From: a virus
Lineage: Duplodnaviria; Caudoviricetes
Strand: one strand, 5' to 3'
Length of the DNA stretch: 27,564 nucleotides
Virus record (IMG/VR): IMGVR_UViG_3300005805_000370
Location: 1-27,564 of that record
Shown here in pieces: positions 15,832 through 27,564 of the stretch. How positions within the stretch are numbered: position 1 is the first letter of the stretch; every line of letters begins with the position of its first letter. The translations under genes were made by a program, and so were the position numbers. Below the pieces are notes generated by a model. It saw only the letters and a list, made by a program, of their open reading frames with translations, did no database searches and had not been told where the DNA came from.

Positions 15832-16617
15832 TTATCTGTTAGTAGCAGCTGCTATAGCAGTTGCAACAGAAGTTGTATTTCCAAGCATAACTGGATTTGG
15901 ATCAGTTAATGTGATTGGAAAAGAGTCGTGTAGACCTTGCAGAGCACTACGCTGGCTCTTAAGAACTGCACTTGTGTAAACTCCAGCAGTAACAACTATA
16001 TCAGATAGCTTGGTGCTACCTGCAAAATCAGATGAGCCTACTGCAATAGCATCTGCAATACATGCTGGGTAATCAATTCTGTCGCCACTTGCATAATTAC
16101 CAGATGCAGCATAAAACTTAATGCCATTAGCCTTTAGGCTAGCAAGAGCATTAACAATATTCTGGTGTGTAGCTGCTATCTTTACACCTGGTGAAGATGG
16201 TGTGCAACGTCTGCCATCTCCTGCGTTATAAGAAAACGATACAGCCTTAATATTAAACTTTGATGCATTCGCAGATACCCAGCTTAGTGCAGCCACAAGC
16301 TGAATGCCAGTTACTTGGCCAGTCTTAGTTGTTCCAGACTCAAGTAGGATCAGGTGTGCTGATGGATTGTTGGCCCTAATGACATCTGCCATCATAGTGC
16401 CGTGGTTAAATGCCTTAAATTCAGATGCAATTCTGAGTTTTGGTGTTGAGTTACAGATTACTTGTGCAGTAATGCAAACCTCAGTTACTTGACCAGAAAT
16501 TAATTGTGATTCAAAATTAGCATCAATCACTACAATTGATCCCTGTGTATTTGCTTGTGCTGGTACAATTCCCACAAAGCCAATTAGCATAGCAATGAGA
16601 AGTGCTATCTTTTTCAT
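15832..16617 (-). CDS. secreted subtilase (S8) family protease
   Basis: Signal peptide; IVVID (Asp), NHGT (His), AASGN (oxyanion Asn), TTSVATA (Ser). Confidence 0.8.
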   Translation of the reverse strand: MKKIALLIAMLIGFVGIVPAQANTQGSIVVIDANFESQLISGQVTEVCITAQVICNSTPKLRIASEFKAFNHGTMMADVIRANNPSAHLILLESGTTKTGQVTGIQLVAALSWVSANASKFNIKAVSFSYNAGDGRRCTPSSPGVKIAATHQNIVNALASLKANGIKFYAASGNYASGDRIDYPACIADAIAVGSSDFAGSTKLSDIVVTAGVYTSAVLKSQRSALQGLHDSFPITLTDPNPVMLGNTTSVATAIAAATNR

Positions 16618-16638
16618 ATTTTAATACCCTTCGATTTA

Positions 16639-16833
16639 TTAGTCTATTAATTTAATTACGTGTAGGCATGGGTCTCCCCCATCTTCCCACTCTTTTTCTT
16701 CTTCTTCTGTCATATATGGGTCACCATCGTGAGTATTGCAAAATGGCTCAGTTACCCAGCCTTTATTAATACCCATCTCTAGCCAAGTCCAAAACTGAAG
16801 CTTGTCTAGATCAATGTTAGTATTGTCACTCAT
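16639..16833 (-). CDS. hypothetical protein
   Basis: GWVTEPFCNTHDGDP...GGDPC; has its own consensus promoter. Confidence 0.75.
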   Translation of the reverse strand: MSDNTNIDLDKLQFWTWLEMGINKGWVTEPFCNTHDGDPYMTEEEEKEWEDGGDPCLHVIKLID

Positions 16834-16861
16834 ATGAGAAACCCCTCTGTATTACGTATCA

Positions 16862-16890
16862 ATTATACAAAACACAAAGGGGTTTGTCAA
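16862..16890 (-). promoter_or_regulatory. consensus sigmaA promoter
   Basis: TTGACA-17 nt-TATAAT exact. Confidence 0.85.
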
Positions 16891-16897
16891 ATATATT

Positions 16898-17200
16898 TTA
16901 CTGCTCTTCTTGGCCCTCTTCAAATTCTGGCTCAGCTTCTTCTATAACTGCTGGCTCTTCGGTCTTATTATTTTGACCAATTAGAATACCTGCTAAAGTA
17001 CCAGTAATAAAGGTTGCAATGCTTCCAAGAACATTAAAGAACATCTTGTCATTCTCTGACTGTGCACCTATTGGCTGAGTAACAAACAAAAGGCCATAAA
17101 GAATTCCCATTGCTGTGCCCAAAAGAATAAGGCCCAAGATTACTCCAAGAGTAAACTTTAGTCTTGCATCAAGTTCTGCTGATGTATATCTTTTTCCCAT
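16898..17200 (-). CDS. two-TM membrane protein
   Basis: Two hydrophobic helices, acidic tail; coupled to the lipoprotein gene. Confidence 0.75.
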   Translation of the reverse strand: MGKRYTSAELDARLKFTLGVILGLILLGTAMGILYGLLFVTQPIGAQSENDKMFFNVLGSIATFITGTLAGILIGQNNKTEEPAVIEEAEPEFEEGQEEQ

Positions 17201-17469
17201 TATTCCTCAATCTCAACTGTTTCAGACTCTGTTGCTTCTTCAACAACTTCTTCCATCTCTATTGTATCAGATTCTGTGGCTAATGGATCATATCCAAGCA
17301 AATCAGTTGTGCAAGTCCCAGCAGCCTCACAGGCTGGGGGGATACACTCTTCAGTTCCCCAGTTAGCTGGGTCCTGGCAGGGGTATCTATAGTGACCATC
17401 ATAGCCACAACCAGAAAGGGTAATGGCTAAAACAGATACACCAATAAGGGTAATAGTCTTTTTAATCAT
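17200..17469 (-). CDS. Cys-rich lipoprotein
   Basis: Lipobox LSGC; YRYPCQDPANW...C.PP.C....TC. Confidence 0.8.
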   Translation of the reverse strand: MIKKTITLIGVSVLAITLSGCGYDGHYRYPCQDPANWGTEECIPPACEAAGTCTTDLLGYDPLATESDTIEMEEVVEEATESETVEIEE

Positions 17470-17488
17470 GCCTATATTATACCGCCGA

Positions 17489-17674
17489 TTATTCTTCGTC
17501 TTTTTCTCTACGAATTGGATAGGTTATAACCCAGATAGCTAGTGTTACTAAGATTAATAGTCCAGTTAGGTCTCTGGCACTACCTTCCAAAACTAGCCAG
17601 GCAACTGCCATACCAAGCAGTGTCCAGGACTGGTCAATAATATCTTTAAATAATCCAGTTAAGAATTTTTTCAT
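17489..17674 (-). CDS. small membrane protein
   Basis: WTLLGMAVAWLVLEGSA; two TM segments. Confidence 0.75.
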   Translation of the reverse strand: MKKFLTGLFKDIIDQSWTLLGMAVAWLVLEGSARDLTGLLILVTLAIWVITYPIRREKDEE

Positions 17675-19798
17675 TTATGGCCTCCTTATAGATGCTGCTG
17701 TAGCAGCTGCTGTTGTTGCTGTTATTGCAACCTGTCCAACAATGACTGCTGCAACAATAACATCTTCTGATTTTTCACGAACTTCTGGTGACATGTCTGC
17801 ACCAACATTTCCAAGATCGTTAAATACTTCTAGCACTGCCCCTGCAACATCTCCAATCAATGGGATTTCTGCAAGTTCGGCTGGCAATTCTAAGTCATCT
17901 GCTTCTGCAACTACCATTAATGCGTCTAGGGCTGCTTCATATGCCTCAGAGCCTGGCTCTGCTGTTTCAAATACTTCTAATGCAGCTTCTTTAATTGCCT
18001 CTGCCTGTGCCTCAGTTAACTGTGTAGGCTCAATACTTGCAAGCTCTTCAACAAGTGAAACAATGTTTTCAGCCGATACCTCTTCTTCTAGCTGCACCGA
18101 TGTTTCTGGATCAGTAGGCTCTGGCTCAGGTGTTGGTTCTGGTTCTGGGCTAGGTTCTGGTTCAGTTACTGGTTCTTCAGTTAGCTCTTCAGTTGGTTCT
18201 GGTTCAGGACTTGGCTCAGGTTCTGGCGTAGGCTCAGGTTCAGGACTTGGCTCAGGTTCTGGAGTGGGTTCTGGGGTAGGCTCTGGCTCTGGTGTAGGAT
18301 CAGGTGTAGGCTCAGGTTCTGGAGTAGGCTCAGGTTCTGGAGTGGGTTCTGGGGTAGGCTCTGGGGTAGGTTCGGGCTGTGGAATTACAACTGGTTCTGG
18401 AGCAGGGGTGGGAGCTGGTAAGTTAACAATAGCATCTGTTGTAACTACATAGGCAGTTTGAACTTTTGTTTCTGCGTTTTCAACAACAATAATTAAATTA
18501 TTTACAATATTTTGTGTATTTTGTAACGCTGTTGTAAATTCTGATAATGCTTGTGTCTCTACAGCATTTGCCTGTGAGGATATTGATTGTGCAATTGCAA
18601 GTGAGGAAGAAGCCTGTTGAACAACTATTGTCTGTAAGCTTTGCTGTGTTTGTAAATTAACTAATATTGCTGACTCAGAACTTACCGCCTGTTGCTGTTG
18701 AGCAATTAATTCTGCAGAAACAGAATCTACTACTCTTGGAGACATTGTAAAGATGGTTCCGTTATTGGAATACCTAACTCCAATTCGTGGGCCACCATAA
18801 AGACCTTCTGTATTTCCAGATATTTCTGAATAACCAGTCCATTCTCCAGTAGCTGGGTCAACTAGCATATTCCAAACCACATTTGTTAGTGGTCCATTAT
18901 TATCACCAAATCTTTTTAAAGACCACTCAACAGTTAGTGTATTGTCTGTAGTTGTTACTTTAGTATATGCCCCAGCTCCCCCAGTCATCCAGTCAGACTG
19001 ATATACATATATACCAGTTGTATTTGGCCAAGTCCAAAAAGTCCAATCTGCTTGACCAAAAGAAATGAATGCTTTTGATGTTACATAAATTTGACTAGCA
19101 CTGCCCTGACCCTCATATAATGTATTTCCCATTCTGATATCAAATGGGACATCTATTTTTGTAGACTGATCCCACATTGGTGGGAGTATGACGCTAGTAG
19201 TAGATGCTGTGCTTGCCTCTACTGAGTTTGTCCAGCCTGGGCTAGATATTTGAAAACTATTTGATGGCACATTAGTTAGAGCATCTAGTTCAGATTGTTC
19301 TTGTTGGACTACCTGTTGCTGTCCCGATACCGCTGCACTAATGGATGATAGATTAATTACTGCCTGGCTGTAACTTGTTTGTGCTACAGTTAAATTAGAA
19401 TCTGCTAGTTGTGAGGAGGCTACTGCAAGCTGATAAGAGTCTTGCTTTTCTTTAACATCCCATAACGCATCAGAGGCACTTGACAGGGCCTGAGAAGCCT
19501 CTGCTACAGCCGTAGTAGCCATGGCTATTACCTCTGAGACGGAAGCAATGCTTGTGGATCCGCCACCAACTAACTGCTCTACTAAAGCACTTGTGCTAGC
19601 TAGGTTTTCTGTTACAACCTGTATCTCCGATGTTGCCGTAGTCACAGTGATTTCTGCTTGAGTGACTTGCTGATCTAACGTTAGGGTAACCGAAACTACT
19701 GAAGAAGATTCTTCTGCGTGTGCTAAATCTGCAGCCAAAAAAGTTGGCAAAAATGCTAAAGACATAGCAATAAAAACTTTTAAGTTTTTGCTTTTAAT
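17675..19798 (-). CDS. large secreted/surface protein with coiled-coil, beta domain, (PE/PT) repeat linker and hydrophobic C-terminus
   Basis: 696-aa ORF from ATG 19765; extending to ATT 19798 completes a signal peptide. Confidence 0.75.
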   Translation of the reverse strand: MKSKNLKVFIAMSLAFLPTFLAADLAHAEESSSVVSVTLTLDQQVTQAEITVTTATSEIQVVTENLASTSALVEQLVGGGSTSIASVSEVIAMATTAVAEASQALSSASDALWDVKEKQDSYQLAVASSQLADSNLTVAQTSYSQAVINLSSISAAVSGQQQVVQQEQSELDALTNVPSNSFQISSPGWTNSVEASTASTTSVILPPMWDQSTKIDVPFDIRMGNTLYEGQGSASQIYVTSKAFISFGQADWTFWTWPNTTGIYVYQSDWMTGGAGAYTKVTTTDNTLTVEWSLKRFGDNNGPLTNVVWNMLVDPATGEWTGYSEISGNTEGLYGGPRIGVRYSNNGTIFTMSPRVVDSVSAELIAQQQQAVSSESAILVNLQTQQSLQTIVVQQASSSLAIAQSISSQANAVETQALSEFTTALQNTQNIVNNLIIVVENAETKVQTAYVVTTDAIVNLPAPTPAPEPVVIPQPEPTPEPTPEPTPEPEPTPEPEPTPDPTPEPEPTPEPTPEPEPSPEPEPTPEPEPSPEPEPTEELTEEPVTEPEPSPEPEPTPEPEPTDPETSVQLEEEVSAENIVSLVEELASIEPTQLTEAQAEAIKEAALEVFETAEPGSEAYEAALDALMVVAEADDLELPAELAEIPLIGDVAGAVLEVFNDLGNVGADMSPEVREKSEDVIVAAVIVGQVAITATTAAATAASIRRP
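18111..18420 (-). repeat. coding low-complexity (PEPTPE)n repeat
   Basis: Degenerate 6/12/18-nt repeats (ggttct/ggctca/ggagta) encoding PEPT/PEPS. Confidence 0.9.
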
Positions 19799-19860
19799 GG
19801 GGTATCACCTCGTGATTGGGGGTAGCCAATGTATTCTTATATTATTATACTTGCTTATAT

Positions 19861-19891
19861 AAAAATAAAAGAGGCACAATTTTATTGTGCC
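19861..19891 (-). terminator. intrinsic terminator after speD
   Basis: GGCACAAT/ATTGTGCC stem followed by a T-rich tract on -. Confidence 0.7.
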
Positions 19892-19909
19892 CCAATTATA
19901 TTTAATATC

Positions 19910-20299
19910 TTACTGGTCTAAATTTGAGTCAATAAGCTCAAACCCATTTTCTCTGTTTAGATATTGCCATTGAATATTTGTAATGCCAAATGTTTCCCAA
20001 AGATATCCTATAACCATTTTGTGATCTAATTCACCACAAGTGTAAAGATCAAACTGCAGAATCATTGGGTCTTTCTTTTCCCAGATGTGAAATGCAATGT
20101 GTGATGTTTCTACGGATACCGCTGCAGTTACTCCTTCATTCCCTGGCATATCAACATACTTTGAAATTGGTCCTGCTGCAATTTTCATATCAATTAGTTC
20201 AACAAGCTCCTGTAACCATAGCTTTGCGTACTCTTCAGTTTTAATTGGTTTTGTTATTTCTGCTCTAACCATTAAGTGTAAGTGTTTTAGTTCTTTCAT
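19910..20299 (-). CDS. speD: S-adenosylmethionine decarboxylase proenzyme family
   Basis: HLHL...GNEGVTA...ETSHIAFHIW...QFDLYTCG; likely start MKELKH. Confidence 0.85.
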   Translation of the reverse strand: MKELKHLHLMVRAEITKPIKTEEYAKLWLQELVELIDMKIAAGPISKYVDMPGNEGVTAAVSVETSHIAFHIWEKKDPMILQFDLYTCGELDHKMVIGYLWETFGITNIQWQYLNRENGFELIDSNLDQ

Positions 20300-20312
20300 T
20301 ATTTGCCTATCT

Positions 20313-23380
<3,068 letters not shown>

Positions 23381-23391
<11 letters not shown>

Positions 23392-23785
23392 ACAGTAGTT
23401 CTAACCTCTCTTTTACTTTTTCAACATCATAGTCTGTGCCAAATATTTCTACCCTAGCAATAATTGGCACACCAGTTTTAGACGAAATCATATCTGCTGC
23501 TTTGCAGAAATGTTCGCCAAAATTTGTATTTCCAAATCCAACCACTCCTTGTAGATTATCTCTATTAGAGTGCAGGTTTAGAAAATTTCTGACCTGTCTT
23601 GGGATAGCAGCACTATCCGATCCCCCACCATAGGTAGGAACAAACAGGACATATGGTCTAGCAACCTCTAGTGGGCTTTCATAATTCCAGTCAATGGGGA
23701 TTTGTATTGCTGGCATTGCTAATTTTTCTACAAATTTTTTTGTGTTGCCAGAATAATTTGAAAAATAGACAATGTCAACGGACAT
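23381..23785 (-). CDS. nrdI: flavodoxin-like NrdI
   Basis: [35 protein letters not shown]. Confidence 0.95.
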
Positions 23786-23817
23786 CTATTTTAATCCCCT
23801 TTTTAATACTAGTTGCA

Positions 23818-23848
23818 AGAAAGGGGAGGGATTTTATCCCCTCCCCCT
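23818..23848 (-). terminator. intrinsic terminator
   Basis: GGGGAGGG/CCCTCCCC stem followed by TTTCTT on -. Confidence 0.7.
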
Positions 23849-23864
23849 TACAATTTTATATCAA

Positions 23865-24797
23865 TTACTTGATAAATGCAAGTCTCTGGGACTTTGGCTT
23901 TCCAACATTGTATTTCTTTACAAGATTGTTGTACTGCCACTTTAGCTTACGAACTTCCTTTGCAGAAAGATCCTTACTTGTTGCAAGCTCAGCACTTAAA
24001 GAAGTAACTAGATTCTTTGTTACTTCGTGTGCAGACTTTTCAGTTGCTAGGTCAGCAAGTGCTTTGTCTAGCTCTGCCTGTAGATTACGTGGCTGTGTTA
24101 CAGCGATAACTGCTGTAGCAGAAGAGCTAGCAGCAAATGCTGTGACGGTTAGAGAACCAGTAGATGGCAGAGTAACAACATAGCTAACTGTACCAGCAGC
24201 ACCAGTTGTTGCAGTTGGTGTAGTGATTACACCATTTGAATTAACAATCAGGCTTACTGTTCCAGATGCCTTTGCGTTGTCGTAGCGGTCAAATGCAGAT
24301 ACAACTACAGACTGAGTTGATCCTGCTAGACCAGATGCTGGTGCAGAAAGTGCAACCTTCACAACATCTCCAGCGGTACCCTTGACAAAATAAGTTGTAG
24401 CAGTATTTCCAACTGTAACAACAACTGAGCCAATGGCTGTAGTTTTAGTAAACACAAACAGCTCAACGCTGCCGCTTGTGCTTGCATTTACTGTAACAGC
24501 GGCAGAGCCAGATGCAGAAGTTGCAGCAGTTAGAGTTGTTAGCAAGAATGCATTTGTAGCAGTAGCGGAAACAGTTGTGCCAGCTACAACACCAGAAACA
24601 GAAATGCTAAGGGCATTAGAGGCTGTTACTGTGTCTCCTGGAACTGGAAGGGCCACTGCTGTAGCAGAAGTAGTACCACCGCTAGCAGAAGCTCCAGCAA
24701 CTGTCAATGTTTGGGTATTTGCATTTGCAGGCAACATACCAGTTAGACCAATTACTAGTGCCGTTACTAGGGCAATAGAAGTCTTCTTTAGATTCAT
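23865..24797 (-). CDS. secreted Ala/Thr/Val/Ser-rich Ig-like surface protein with C-terminal coiled coil
   Basis: Signal peptide ending ANA; SAFDRYDNA; basic helical tail. Confidence 0.7.
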   Translation of the reverse strand: MNLKKTSIALVTALVIGLTGMLPANANTQTLTVAGASASGGTTSATAVALPVPGDTVTASNALSISVSGVVAGTTVSATATNAFLLTTLTAATSASGSAAVTVNASTSGSVELFVFTKTTAIGSVVVTVGNTATTYFVKGTAGDVVKVALSAPASGLAGSTQSVVVSAFDRYDNAKASGTVSLIVNSNGVITTPTATTGAAGTVSYVVTLPSTGSLTVTAFAASSSATAVIAVTQPRNLQAELDKALADLATEKSAHEVTKNLVTSLSAELATSKDLSAKEVRKLKWQYNNLVKKYNVGKPKSQRLAFIK

Positions 24798-24819
24798 TTT
24801 TCTCCTTATTTTATTTAAT

Positions 24820-26595
24820 CTAGATTAAATCAAATCTAGCCAAATATTCATCAATCTCTTTTGGCGTAGGCATATATTTTATCACACTCTGGTCATTATT
24901 GTCAAGCTGTGGCTTTGGTCTATCTTTAAAGGTATGAATTTCAACCTCCAGATTAAGGTTTCTAGGGGTGTGTGAGATGGCACCAAATATTGCACCACAG
25001 ACAGCATCTGCCAAGTCTTTAGATTTTTTACGTGGGTGATCAACCTTATTATTGTTCATAATTTTAAGCTCTGACAGCTCCTCAAATAAAAGATCAATCA
25101 TTGGCATAGCAAGCCTTTCCTCATAGACCAACATTGCCATGTCCTCATAGTGCTTTTTAGCAACAGATACGGTTTCGGTTTTCATCCCTATCGCCTTTAG
25201 TTCATTTTGAATATCAAACGACTGCCAGCGGTCAAATGAGACTACTCCAATATTAAAACCAAGTCTTCTGAGGTTTTGAATCCATTGCTTTACCTCAGAT
25301 AGGTCTACTGGCCCCTCTACCCTTGGTTCCCACCAAGCTACGGCATCAACAACTACAACTGGTGCAATTTGCTCATAGTCTTTTATGACTTGAATATTTA
25401 CCCATTTTTCTACGTGTGCAATTGCTACGGCACACTTGTCATGTTTTTGTGCAAGGTCAGCATGAACAAAATATGTCTTATCTGGATCGGGGACAAAGCT
25501 GGAGTCAAATCTCTTGTGACTATCTATTGGATTTCTTACAGTCATTGCTGCACGAACTTTTTCTGCTTGTTTAAAAAATCTGTCTGATGAAAATGTTGGA
25601 ACACAAGCAAACCTTTGCATAGCATCCCCCATATCGGTAAAGAAGGCTAGCTTAAAATCATCTATCTTTCTTGTTGGATTTACTTCCCAGGTTGGTCTTT
25701 TTAGTGCGAATACATTGGGATACTTATAACTAATTATATTATCTTCATCCCACTCAATTGTTAATGAGTTGCCATCTGCTTCTGCTGGCAAATCTGGATT
25801 CATAATAAATGTATGTGTTTTTGCCACAACCTCTTTGTCTGCAATAACGGCCTCATATCTTGCAGAAATAAAATCTCCAGGATATCTTGGGAATGACAAA
25901 AGGGCTACTTTGCCAAGGTCTGGAAAACGTGAGTCTACTGATGCACGAAAGGCTTTGTAGATGTTATCCGCAGTTTTACCCTGATCATTTCCTGTTCCAA
26001 TCTCCGTAGCAAAACCAGAGATCTCGTCAAGAACTGCAAGGATAAGGTTGAGACCTTCGTGAGATTCTCTTTCGGAATGGCCTGAGTAAACTGTAATAGA
26101 TTTATCAAATTCAATACTCTCAGCTTTCGCATAGAATTTTCCTGCAAACCAAGGAGACTTTTCAATCTTTGTTTTAAAACCTTTAAAGAATACGTTCTTT
26201 GCTTGCTGGGCATTAATAGCCACGTTAATAATGTCAATTGCGTCACCGCTAGGCTTTCCAAAATACCTAGCAGGGTCTTTAAGACATAGAAGCTTATATA
26301 CAATATAGGCACACGCAACCGTTGATGTAAAATCTTTACCAGATCCTTTACCAAGTTGTAGGATCACTTCATTCTTGGTATATTTATTATAATACCTTCT
26401 ACCCTCAGTATCGCCCATAAAGCTTATGAGATCTTCTAGCCTGTAAATTTGACTAAGGGCCTCTACAATATCATATTGAGTTTGTGACAGTGGAGGCTGA
26501 CCAAGATAGTCTTCACCCTCAACAAAGGTTTTTACGTCAACTGGCTTTTCGTCAAAGCTGTCTGATTTGAGTGCTTCTAAAAAATCATCAAACAT
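24820..26595 (-). CDS. terL: terminase large subunit
   Basis: Walker A LGKGSGKD, Walker B ILAVLDE, nuclease motifs HADLA, SFDRWQS and KVDHP...KDLADA. Confidence 0.92.
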   Translation of the reverse strand: MFDDFLEALKSDSFDEKPVDVKTFVEGEDYLGQPPLSQTQYDIVEALSQIYRLEDLISFMGDTEGRRYYNKYTKNEVILQLGKGSGKDFTSTVACAYIVYKLLCLKDPARYFGKPSGDAIDIINVAINAQQAKNVFFKGFKTKIEKSPWFAGKFYAKAESIEFDKSITVYSGHSERESHEGLNLILAVLDEISGFATEIGTGNDQGKTADNIYKAFRASVDSRFPDLGKVALLSFPRYPGDFISARYEAVIADKEVVAKTHTFIMNPDLPAEADGNSLTIEWDEDNIISYKYPNVFALKRPTWEVNPTRKIDDFKLAFFTDMGDAMQRFACVPTFSSDRFFKQAEKVRAAMTVRNPIDSHKRFDSSFVPDPDKTYFVHADLAQKHDKCAVAIAHVEKWVNIQVIKDYEQIAPVVVVDAVAWWEPRVEGPVDLSEVKQWIQNLRRLGFNIGVVSFDRWQSFDIQNELKAIGMKTETVSVAKKHYEDMAMLVYEERLAMPMIDLLFEELSELKIMNNNKVDHPRKKSKDLADAVCGAIFGAISHTPRNLNLEVEIHTFKDRPKPQLDNNDQSVIKYMPTPKEIDEYLARFDLI

Positions 26596-27124
26596 CGTTA
26601 TGTACCACTGTAATTACTTCTTGTTCTTTAGAAACTGCAGATAGCCTTCTCATAATTTCATCACGCACCTCTGGGTGTTCTGCAGCAACATCTCTCAAAA
26701 TGCCAACAAGAATTTCTTGCTTTCTTTCAATTTCTAACATTTCTTCTGCTAGTTCTTTATTTTCTAAAAGACCAGCTTTTTGTAGCATATCAATACGCTT
26801 AGACTCAATATCCATTACAAGTTTGATACCTTGAGTTTTAGCACTTAGGTTATTTAGTAGCGATGCCTCATCAATAACTTCATAGGTTTTTGTAATCAAC
26901 TTGCTATAATGTGTATCTGCTCCAACCAAAGCTTCTTTTGCACGGGCACGAATTGCAGCATTATCAGAAGCCATAGTCTTCCACTCATTGATAAGACTTA
27001 CAACTCTAGTTCTTGGAATGTCAAGTTCTTTAGAAATAACTGTTGGATCATTACCCTTTAGGTATTCTGAAACAACATCATTAACTTGATCTAAGTGCTT
27101 GACTAAATCTTCTTCAGTTGACAT
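26588..27124 (-). CDS. HTH/helical protein, possible terminase small subunit
   Basis: PTVISKELDIPRTRVVSLI HTH; directly upstream of and overlapping terL. Confidence 0.55.
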   Translation of the reverse strand: MSTEEDLVKHLDQVNDVVSEYLKGNDPTVISKELDIPRTRVVSLINEWKTMASDNAAIRARAKEALVGADTHYSKLITKTYEVIDEASLLNNLSAKTQGIKLVMDIESKRIDMLQKAGLLENKELAEEMLEIERKQEILVGILRDVAAEHPEVRDEIMRRLSAVSKEQEVITVVHNDV

Positions 27125-27359
27125 ACTTACCTTCTAGTCTGTTTATTTCATCTTTGATATAAAATATTGCTTTTTCTAGATCTTGTATGGTTTTAGATTC
27201 ATCTTTAAGTCCTGCTCTCCAAAGGTATTTAAAAGCATTACCAATGTTAAAGTTACGATGTCTGGTAATCTCAATACACTCTACGCCAGAAGGATCTGAG
27301 GTGTAGTGCATTGGATTATTTACTTGATCAACCGTAATGGTTAGATTATTACTCATCAT
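27114..27359 (-). CDS. DUF3310 (SaV-like) protein
   Basis: DQVNNPMHY...ECIEI...GNAFKYLWRAGLK...QDLEKAIFYI. Confidence 0.88.
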   Translation of the reverse strand: MMSNNLTITVDQVNNPMHYTSDPSGVECIEITRHRNFNIGNAFKYLWRAGLKDESKTIQDLEKAIFYIKDEINRLEGKYVN

Positions 27360-27471
27360 CTGCTTCCCAATCAAACTCTTCAGGAAGTCCACTTAATAAA
27401 GAAAATGCAAAAGCAAATCCAACCATGCCTACTACAGTAGCTGTTATCATTGCCTTTTCTAATTTATTCAT
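27349..27471 (-). CDS. 40-aa single-TM protein (not in ORF track)
   Basis: MNKLEKAMITATVVGMVGFAFAFSLLSGLPEEFDWEADDE*; ATGA-coupled to the upstream gene. Confidence 0.65.
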   Translation of the reverse strand: MNKLEKAMITATVVGMVGFAFAFSLLSGLPEEFDWEADDE

Positions 27472-27564
27472 CGCCTTGACTTCCTTAGTCCAAATTTAGC
27501 AAGGTAAACATAGATTGTTTCAACGCTTGTTCCACACTCTTTAGCAATCTCTTCTGGAGTTTTC
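27468..27564 (-). CDS. HTH DNA-binding protein, 5' partial
   Basis: KTPEEIAKECGTSVETIYVYLAKFGLRKSRR*. Confidence 0.75.
   Translation of the reverse strand, partial: KTPEEIAKECGTSVETIYVYLAKFGLRKSRR

Noticed and set aside
17742-18452. 236-aa + strand ORF with GSGSGV repeats
   Set aside because: Antisense shadow of the PEPT repeat; no SD or promoter

Overview
AT-rich, gene-dense segment of a large tailed dsDNA phage (Caudoviricetes). The host is most likely a freshwater Actinobacterium, inferred from WhiB, class Ib RNR nrdI/E/F plus nrdH, an M23-LysM endolysin, a short-arm tRNA-Leu(TAA) and many leaderless promoters. Positions 1-4.77 kb are read mostly on +: two 2OG-Fe(II) oxygenases, a halogenase-like remnant, a Cys-less thioredoxin, NrdH, two tRNAs and an HNH protein. 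Positions 4.73-27.56 kb are read on -: terminase, a secreted surface protein, nrdIEF, SpeD, a secreted/membrane module, a subtilase, tRNAs interleaved with a heme oxygenase, a luciferase-like monooxygenase and a sulfotransferase-like gene, the endolysin, an APS kinase-nucleotidyltransferase fusion, a second luciferase-like monooxygenase, a nuclease, WhiB, a pyrimidine-dimer glycosylase, a holin-like gene, Hsp20 and a modular protein. Best candidates for something new: a dispersed sulfate activation/transfer/oxygenation gene set, an unassigned structured RNA after hsp20, a polyprotein with repeated [I/M]xK|A junctions, an ATT-initiated surface protein, and a promoter embedded in an RBS-sequestering hairpin. 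All calls come from reading motifs by eye; no database searches were run.
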